Positions 58,018-64,000 of a DNA stretch of 64,000 nucleotides are shown here, one piece after another. Below the pieces are notes generated by a model that worked only from the letters and a program-made list of their open reading frames with translations, did not search any database and had not been told where the DNA came from. How positions within the stretch are numbered: position 1 is the stretch's first letter; every line of letters starts with the position of its first letter. The stretch is from positions 99,263 through 163,262 of the forward strand of contig DALYDY010000002.1 in assembly GCA_031972855.1 (NCBI GenBank), given 5' to 3'. This DNA comes from Minisyncoccota bacterium. GTDB taxonomy: Bacteria > Patescibacteriota > Minisyncoccia > Phycocordibacterales > UBA9973. A program made the translations under genes and the position numbers.

Positions 58018-58236
58018 GGTGGACCGTACAGGACTCTTTCCTTACAGGAACAGTATACCTTTTCGATGAATTTAGATAAACTCAAAATTCATAACGAAAA
58101 ACTTTTCTCGTCCTGACACAAGTGAAGCAGTTCACTTGCTTACGGTCCACATTTGCTAAAGCAAATTTCTGTTACTTTCAAAAAAGTAACAGAAAACAAA
58201 AAATCCATCAGGAGATGGATTTTTTGTTTGTGGACC
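58018..58236. repeat. copy 2 of the ~215-bp tRNA-Ala-linked structured repeat
   Basis: Starts with ggtggaccgtacaggactc, a duplicate of the tRNA-Ala 3' end; ends abutting and overlapping the genuine tRNA-Ala 3' end. Confidence 0.75.
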
Positions 58237-58303
58237 GTACAGGACTCGAACCTGCCACCCCATCATTGCAAATGATGTGCTCTACCAGATGAGCTAACGG
58301 CCC
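58231..58303 (-). tRNA. tRNA-Ala (anticodon TGC)
   Basis: Cloverleaf folded by hand: acceptor GGGCCGT/ACGGTCC, D-arm GCTC…GAGC, anticodon stem-loop CATCA-TTTGCAA-TGATG, T-arm GCAGG-TTCGAGT-CCTGT, discriminator A; no encoded CCA. Confidence 0.85.
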
Positions 58304-58388
58304 AGTACCAGTGAAATCACTGGACGCGGTTGGTATATATAAATATACACCAACCTATTTAAAAAAGAAAGAACATATGAGGAATATT

Positions 58389-59366
58389 CTAACTCTTTTT
58401 TCTAGATTCTGCAAGCGATAAAATATGTGTAACAAAAGTCTCTGGAGTAATACCTACAAGAGAGACTAATTTTTGAAAAAGAGAATTTTCGTGAACTTTT
58501 GGTAAATCATCAATTTCCATAAAATACAACCCATTTTTAGTCTCTTTAAATTGCAACATTGTATATGAATGAATACCAAAATCTTTTATTAAATATTTAA
58601 TAGAATTTAGAAATTCTTCGTCTATCTTCTCTGGAACAAGTCTATAAGCACCATCCCGTTTTGGACCTTTGTATAAAACTTTGTCGTGATACATAATAGA
58701 TTGTTTTGGAAGCGAATACCATTTTTCATCTCTCAATCCTTCAACAAAACCAAAAACAACTTCTCTTCCAGGAATAAATGTTTCTACAATTAAATCTTCT
58801 CCAGCAAACAAAGAATCTTCTAGAATAGTAATTAATCTATGTAAAGTCTCAGCATAAGCAAGATTATGACTACTTGTTCCTTTTAGAGGTTTTACAACCC
58901 AAGGTGGGGCAAATTTTTGGTGAACAGAAATTGCAACCTCTCGTGCTTTTTCTTTTATTTCATCTTTTGTTTCAAAATTCATTTCTGGAATTATTAAGTG
59001 AGGAACAGTTTTAAAACCAAGGGCTTTTGCGCGTTCTTTTGCATGAGCTTTGTGAAGTGATAATGCACCACCAAATACAGTACTACCTGTATGTAGTATA
59101 TTTGTATCATCAAGAATTTTTGTAATTGTTCCATCTTCTCCCATGCCTCCCTGAAGAGCATTCCATACGACATCAATCTTATGTGAAAGTTTATGAGGAG
59201 TTATAGATATTCCTCCTGTATAAAATATTCCATCTTGATCAACTAAAATATCAATAGGTTCATAACCTAAAGTTCTTAGAATATTTAAAATATACTTTCC
59301 AGAAAGAAGAGATTCTTCTATGTATGTATTCCCTCCTCTGAGAACTCCGACGCGTAAATTACTCAT
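58389..59366 (-). CDS. ddl: D-alanine--D-alanine ligase
   Basis: ATP-grasp with N-terminal RVGVLRGG…E…S, and C-terminal …EIN; start taken at MSNLRV. Confidence 0.8.
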   Translation of the reverse strand: MSNLRVGVLRGGNTYIEESLLSGKYILNILRTLGYEPIDILVDQDGIFYTGGISITPHKLSHKIDVVWNALQGGMGEDGTITKILDDTNILHTGSTVFGGALSLHKAHAKERAKALGFKTVPHLIIPEMNFETKDEIKEKAREVAISVHQKFAPPWVVKPLKGTSSHNLAYAETLHRLITILEDSLFAGEDLIVETFIPGREVVFGFVEGLRDEKWYSLPKQSIMYHDKVLYKGPKRDGAYRLVPEKIDEEFLNSIKYLIKDFGIHSYTMLQFKETKNGLYFMEIDDLPKVHENSLFQKLVSLVGITPETFVTHILSLAESRKKS

Positions 59367-59394
59367 ACATATAGTATACAATCAAAATAATATT

Positions 59395-60621
59395 TTAGGG
59401 TGTTAGGAAATTTTTTCCTCTTTTTTCTCTGTGGAAAGTAATAGCGAATCTATGAGCCTCAGCATTTGAAAGTAATATTTGTTCTTTATATTTTTCTACT
59501 GTTTCTTTGTCACCCAAAATATCTTTTGGCTTATGTCTTTCGTCTTTCAATACAGAAACAACAGGAATATTTTTTCCTAATTCTTTCAAAACTTGCTGCC
59601 CAACATTTAGTTGTGCTTGTCCCCCATCTATAACTATTACATCAGGAATACCCCATTCTTCATGATTAAATCTTCTTTCTAATATTTCTCTTAGAGCTTT
59701 TGTATCGTCTGCACCAGAATTACCACGAATAATAAACTTCTTATACTCATTAGGAGTCTTTTGGTTACCCATTACAACAGTCATAACTCCAACCATATTT
59801 TTACCTGACATATGAGCTATATCATAAGATTCAATACGAACAGTATTTCCAATATTTATATCAAAATATTCTTTCTTCATTAAAGCCACATCGTTTATAT
59901 GTGTGAGAGCAAAAATTTGTCTTTTTATTAAAGATGCGCGTTCAAATTTTTGCTCTTTTGCAGCGTTATACATTTTCTTCTCGAGCTCTATCAATATTTT
60001 CTTTTTCTTTCCAGCAAAAAAATCTCTTATATGTTTAATATTTTCTTTATATGCTTCACTTACTGTATTTTCTCTAGTATCAGGAGTGAGGCCGAGCTGA
60101 CGATAAAATTCTTGATTATCTTTCTTGAGTGAATCGCCATCTATATATGGGAATATTCTTCTAATAATCTTCATTGCATCACGAAGAGCACCTCCATTTG
60201 GATAAGGGCCAAAAGTATATTTTATATTAAGTTTTTTAATTTCATCTTTAAGAGTAATATTTCTTGCGCGTATCATAACAACTCTTGGTAAAACATCATC
60301 TGTAATCCCAACCATATAAAAACTCTTATTATCTTTTTCTTTTGTATTGTATTTTGGTTGATGCTTCTTGATGAGTTCCGCTTCAAGTATAAGAGCTTCG
60401 ATAACAGAGTCTGTCTCAATCCATTCTATATTTGTAGATTGAGTTACCATATCAAGAAGTGCGGGCCCACGAGTAGATATAAGATCTACACCAAAATAAC
60501 TCCCCACACGGTCTTTTAGAGATGTTGCTTTGCCTATATAAAGAATACTTTCATCTTTCTTGAAGAAGTAGACTCCTGGATTTTTAGGAATATTAAGTTT
60601 TTTAAATTCTTGCAATTTCAC
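59395..60621 (-). CDS. uvrC: excinuclease ABC subunit C, short form lacking the C-terminal (HhH)2 domain
   Basis: N-terminal GIY-YIG (GVYFFKKDESILYIGKA…), UvrB-interacting region, RNase-H-like endonuclease domain (…VIDGGQAQL…); ends without an HhH domain. Confidence 0.75.
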   Translation of the reverse strand: MKLQEFKKLNIPKNPGVYFFKKDESILYIGKATSLKDRVGSYFGVDLISTRGPALLDMVTQSTNIEWIETDSVIEALILEAELIKKHQPKYNTKEKDNKSFYMVGITDDVLPRVVMIRARNITLKDEIKKLNIKYTFGPYPNGGALRDAMKIIRRIFPYIDGDSLKKDNQEFYRQLGLTPDTRENTVSEAYKENIKHIRDFFAGKKKKILIELEKKMYNAAKEQKFERASLIKRQIFALTHINDVALMKKEYFDINIGNTVRIESYDIAHMSGKNMVGVMTVVMGNQKTPNEYKKFIIRGNSGADDTKALREILERRFNHEEWGIPDVIVIDGGQAQLNVGQQVLKELGKNIPVVSVLKDERHKPKDILGDKETVEKYKEQILLSNAEAHRFAITFHREKRGKNFLTP

Positions 60622-60661
60622 ACTAATATAGTACTATGAATTCTAATAAAAGCACATAACA

Positions 60662-60874
60662 ATGGAAAAATTAATTTTTTGTTTAAAAGAAAGTTGGAAA
60701 TTTAGACTCGCGCTTATTATTTGGATTATTATATTCTCAATAATAGTTAACACTACTCACACCGAAGATAAGGTGGTATTATCAGAAATATACGAATATT
60801 GTGTTCTCCCATTTACGTGTACAAGTACAATAATATTGATATATCTTATATACTATCGGAAACAGCCCATATAA
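60662..60874 (+). CDS. small membrane protein
   Basis: Two TM helices; ORF only. Confidence 0.35.
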   Translation: MEKLIFCLKESWKFRLALIIWIIIFSIIVNTTHTEDKVVLSEIYEYCVLPFTCTSTIILIYLIYYRKQPI

Positions 60875-60990
60875 AGGCTGTTTTTTATTTGACAAAAAGA
60901 TAATTTTATATTAAATTAATAAAAAACATTATATGGAGAACACCTCTGAAAGATCTCTAGCTAAGGAATCTCTAGGAGATTTCTTAAATT

Positions 60991-61290
60991 TTGTGTCAAC
61001 AAAAAAGATTACTAAACAAAAAAAACTACAAAAGTAGATTAAGAAACTCTATTCAAGTATTTTTAAACAGATTAAAAAGAAGAGCTTATGAACACAGTCA
61101 CCAAAAAATAAATCTTGAACTGGAAAAAAACTCATGGGACTTCTTAACAGAAGTTGATCCTATTTACCTAGCTAATTGCCAAGGAGTAGGAAAAGAGAGT
61201 TTCAAATTAATTATTGACTCATACAAAGAGTTAGGAATTAAAGAGTGTACACTCTTTGGAAATAAACCTTTTCAAGTATCTGCCCCATAA
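60991..61290 (+). CDS. hypothetical protein (possible HhH-like motif)
   Basis: ORF only; LANCQGVGKESF… is weakly HhH-like. Confidence 0.35.
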   Translation: MCQQKRLLNKKNYKSRLRNSIQVFLNRLKRRAYEHSHQKINLELEKNSWDFLTEVDPIYLANCQGVGKESFKLIIDSYKELGIKECTLFGNKPFQVSAP

Positions 61291-61422
61291 TGGGGTATTT
61301 TATTTGAATATTTTTTTTAAAAGAGTACACTATAAAAAGACACCCCCGCACATATTTTTCCAGGAAAAGTATCTTGCACCACAAAAATTAAATAATTCAC
61401 AATGATTTAAAAAAACAATTTT

Positions 61423-61941
61423 ATGCCAAAGGTTCAAGAATTACCAGCAATTCAAACAGGTCACAAAATAAGTGACCTAATTTCTAAACAAACAAAAGCA
61501 AAAATTATAAAAATCTACAAACCAAGAACAAAACAAAAGCCTACTCCTTATTTAATCAGAAAAATTGAAAATGAATTTGGATTTAATTTATTTGAACAAA
61601 AAAGTTATCAGAAATTTAAAACAAAGAAATTGATACGTATTTGGAATCAACTGAAACAAATTAGAGTTAGAGGTAAAAAAGCTGAAGCATTTGAAGAAGC
61701 TAAGAAATATTTTTTAAATTTTATTTCAAAAAGAAGTAAAATTCAAAAGTTTGATGAAGAAATATTTGTTTACAAATATTTCTTCGTTGCTATTTTAGAA
61801 ATAAGACCAAAAACAATTGTCAGCCTGTACGAAGATGATGGTGAAATAATCAGAACAATAGAGAATAGAAAACACTGTTATCACACTGAAGAAGATTTGG
61901 AAAATCATCTTATGACAAATTTCCACTACAGCCGCTTATAA
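61423..61941 (+). CDS. hypothetical basic protein
   Basis: ORF only. Confidence 0.4.
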   Translation: MPKVQELPAIQTGHKISDLISKQTKAKIIKIYKPRTKQKPTPYLIRKIENEFGFNLFEQKSYQKFKTKKLIRIWNQLKQIRVRGKKAEAFEEAKKYFLNFISKRSKIQKFDEEIFVYKYFFVAILEIRPKTIVSLYEDDGEIIRTIENRKHCYHTEEDLENHLMTNFHYSRL

Positions 61942-62000
61942 TAGCGGCTTTTTATTTGACTTTTAAGTAGTTTTTTTGTTTAATTAGAAAAAAGTAAAAT

Positions 62001-62207
62001 ATGGAAGATTACCGTAATAGAATACAAAATATGCTTGAGAAAATTATCGGAACGAGAGATGTAACAAATCTAGATTACAAACAAATAGATGAGAAGACAT
62101 CAATTGAAGACTTAGATCTTAGAGGTTTTAGTACTCCAGACAGAGTTCTTTTACCAAAAGAACAAAATAAAATTGTTTCCGATTTTCTTTCAATGAAACT
62201 TACCTAA
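62001..62207 (+). CDS. hypothetical small protein
   Basis: ORF only; terminator hairpin at 62204-62226. Confidence 0.3.
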   Translation: MEDYRNRIQNMLEKIIGTRDVTNLDYKQIDEKTSIEDLDLRGFSTPDRVLLPKEQNKIVSDFLSMKLT

Positions 62208-62236
62208 AAAGCCCCGTTAAGGGCTTTTATTTTTTT

Positions 62237-64000
62237 CTAAACTTTAGGTCTAGAGCGTAAGACTTTCTTCAAATATTTTCCAGTATATGATTTTGGGTTA
62301 TTTGCAACCTCTTCTGGTGTTCCTCTTGCAACTATCTGCCCACCACCAATTCCACCTTCAGGACCAATATCAATAATATAGTCAGAGCACTTTATAATAT
62401 CCATATTGTGTTCAATAAGAAGCACTGTATTCCCTTTTACTACCAATTTTTCAAGAACTTCGAGAAGCTTTGCAACGTCATCATAGTGAAGACCAACTGT
62501 CGGCTCGTCTAGAAGATATATAGTCTTTTCTAAGTGAGGACGATAAAGTTCTGAAGCTATTTTTACACGCTGAGCCTCACCACCAGAGAGTGTTGTGGCT
62601 GATTGTCCGAGCTCAAGATATCCAAGTCCTACATCCATGAGAGTCTTCACACGGTCGTGAATTGCAGGAATATCAGCAAAGAAAGTATTTGCTTCTTCTA
62701 TAGTCATTTTTAATATTTCGTGAATATTTTTCTTTTTGTATTTTACTGTGAGAGTTTCTTTATCAAAACGCTTTCCATTACATACATCACAAGTCACATA
62801 CACTGTTGGCAAGAAGTGCATTTCAACAGCGATTTGACCATTACCTTCACAAGCTTCACAGCGACCTCCTTTCACATTAAAAGAGAAGCGATTTGATTTC
62901 CAGCCACGAAAACGTGCATCTTCACTTGCAGCAAAAAGATCACGAATATGTGTAAATGATCCTGTATATGTAGCAATATTGGAACGAGGAGTTCTACCAA
63001 TTGGAGATTGGTCAATCAATACAGAACGAGAAATATATTCTGTACCAGTAAAAGTCGCGCAGTTAAATATCTTTGCTGTACGATATTTTCTTTCAAGACG
63101 AGCTTGAAGATTTTTGTAAACAATTTCGTACATAAAAGAACTCTTACCAGAACCAGACACCCCCGTGATAGTAGTCATTCTTCCTAGAGGTATTTCTGCA
63201 TTCAAATTTTTTATATTAAAAATATTTCCACCTGTTATTTTTAGAGAACCTTTATCGCGAGTACGTCTTTCTTCTGGTACTTCTATAATAGCTTCACCAC
63301 GAAGATATGCGAGAGTTCTAGAACCACTCTTATTAGTCTTCGCATCAAGAAGGTCTGTAAGCCATCCATCCACCACGACTTGTCCACCATGAACACCAGC
63401 TTTCGGACCAATATCAACAATATAGTCAGATGCAAAAATAGTATCTTCATCATGTTCAACAATCAAAATAGTGTTCCCGAGATCACGCAAATCTTCGAGT
63501 GTTTTAATAAGCTTTTCATTATCTCTTTGATGAAGTCCAATAGTTGGTTCGTCGAGAACATACATAGCTCCTACAAGCCTTGAGCCAAGCTGTGAAGCAA
63601 GTCTTATACGTTGTGATTCGCCACCTGAGAGAGTGCTTGCTTTTCTATTAAGAGAAAGGTATTCGAGACCAACATTTAGAAGGAAAGCTAAGCGGGCTTC
63701 AATTTCTTTTATTATAACTTTTGCAATTTCACGTTCTTGTTCTGAAAGCTTAATATCTCCAAAAAAATTCATCGCATTCTCAATAGAAAGTGCTGTAAGA
63801 TCTACAATGTTTGTTTTCTTCCCTCCAAGAAAAACATGCATCGCTTCTGTACGAAGACGAGCACCTTTACAGTCATCACATACTTCACTCCCTCCAAAAT
63901 ATTTTGAACCTAGGCCATTACACGCCGGACATGCACCATAAGGACTGTTGAAAGAGAATAATCTTGGTTCTACTTCAGGAAAAGAAAATCCATCATTAGG
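62237..64000 (-). CDS. uvrA: excinuclease ABC subunit A (partial; N-terminus lies beyond the window end)
   Basis: Two ABC ATPase modules (Walker A/B, LSGGE signatures), UvrA zinc finger CEACEGNGQ…CDVCNGKRF; the reading frame continues upstream of the tracked M at 63841 (…FSFNSPYGACPACNGLG…). Confidence 0.85.
   Translation of the reverse strand, partial: PNDGFSFPEVEPRLFSFNSPYGACPACNGLGSKYFGGSEVCDDCKGARLRTEAMHVFLGGKKTNIVDLTALSIENAMNFFGDIKLSEQEREIAKVIIKEIEARLAFLLNVGLEYLSLNRKASTLSGGESQRIRLASQLGSRLVGAMYVLDEPTIGLHQRDNEKLIKTLEDLRDLGNTILIVEHDEDTIFASDYIVDIGPKAGVHGGQVVVDGWLTDLLDAKTNKSGSRTLAYLRGEAIIEVPEERRTRDKGSLKITGGNIFNIKNLNAEIPLGRMTTITGVSGSGKSSFMYEIVYKNLQARLERKYRTAKIFNCATFTGTEYISRSVLIDQSPIGRTPRSNIATYTGSFTHIRDLFAASEDARFRGWKSNRFSFNVKGGRCEACEGNGQIAVEMHFLPTVYVTCDVCNGKRFDKETLTVKYKKKNIHEILKMTIEEANTFFADIPAIHDRVKTLMDVGLGYLELGQSATTLSGGEAQRVKIASELYRPHLEKTIYLLDEPTVGLHYDDVAKLLEVLEKLVVKGNTVLLIEHNMDIIKCSDYIIDIGPEGGIGGGQIVARGTPEEVANNPKSYTGKYLKKVLRSRPKV

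Noticed and set aside
55941-58236. CRISPR array, T-box leader or prophage interpretation of the 215-bp repeats
   Set aside because: There are only two long copies with no short regular spacers, so it is not CRISPR. There is no T-box consensus (AGGGTGG…) and the terminator is at the wrong end relative to the downstream genes, so it is not a T-box leader. No integrase, recombinase or phage structural genes lie between or beside the repeats, so it is not a prophage.
63165-63941. Plus-strand ORFs (63165..63392, 63380..63583, 63633..63941)
   Set aside because: They are antisense to the well-supported uvrA coding sequence and are spurious.

Overview
AT-rich bacterial chromosomal segment of roughly 30% GC, densely packed with short genes that often overlap or abut. 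Housekeeping blocks: a reduced dcw cluster (mraY-ftsW-murG with no murD between mraY and ftsW), gltX, engB, lexA with a Cheo-type SOS box, ribosomal proteins L27, L9, L31 and L25, rsmI, ctpA, an RF1-type release factor, a pentose-phosphate/glycolysis cluster (split transketolase, rpe, rpiB, fba, gap), a DEAD-box helicase, an ABC exporter, ddl, uvrC and a partial uvrA. Two tRNA genes are present, tRNA-Ile(GAT) and tRNA-Ala(TGC), both on the minus strand and both flanked by partial duplications of themselves. Two regions stand out. (1) At 5971-9998, a translationally coupled, extra-AT-rich four-gene island sits between gltX and dedA: a gamma-class N6-adenine methyltransferase, a Fic protein, a DUF262-HNH fusion (GmrSD-like architecture) and a small HNH protein interrupted at a T8 tract. 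DUF2726, NUDIX, EVE-domain and MGMT genes lie nearby. (2) At 55941-58303, tRNA-Ala is followed by two ~215-bp direct repeats that each begin with a duplicate of the tRNA 3' end, carry hairpins with compensatory base changes between copies, and bracket an HD-hydrolase / YqfO-like / cupin cassette. An orphan CHC2 primase zinc finger, an orphan REC domain and a CCA-like nucleotidyltransferase sit next to it. No CRISPR array, rRNA gene or integrase gene was seen.
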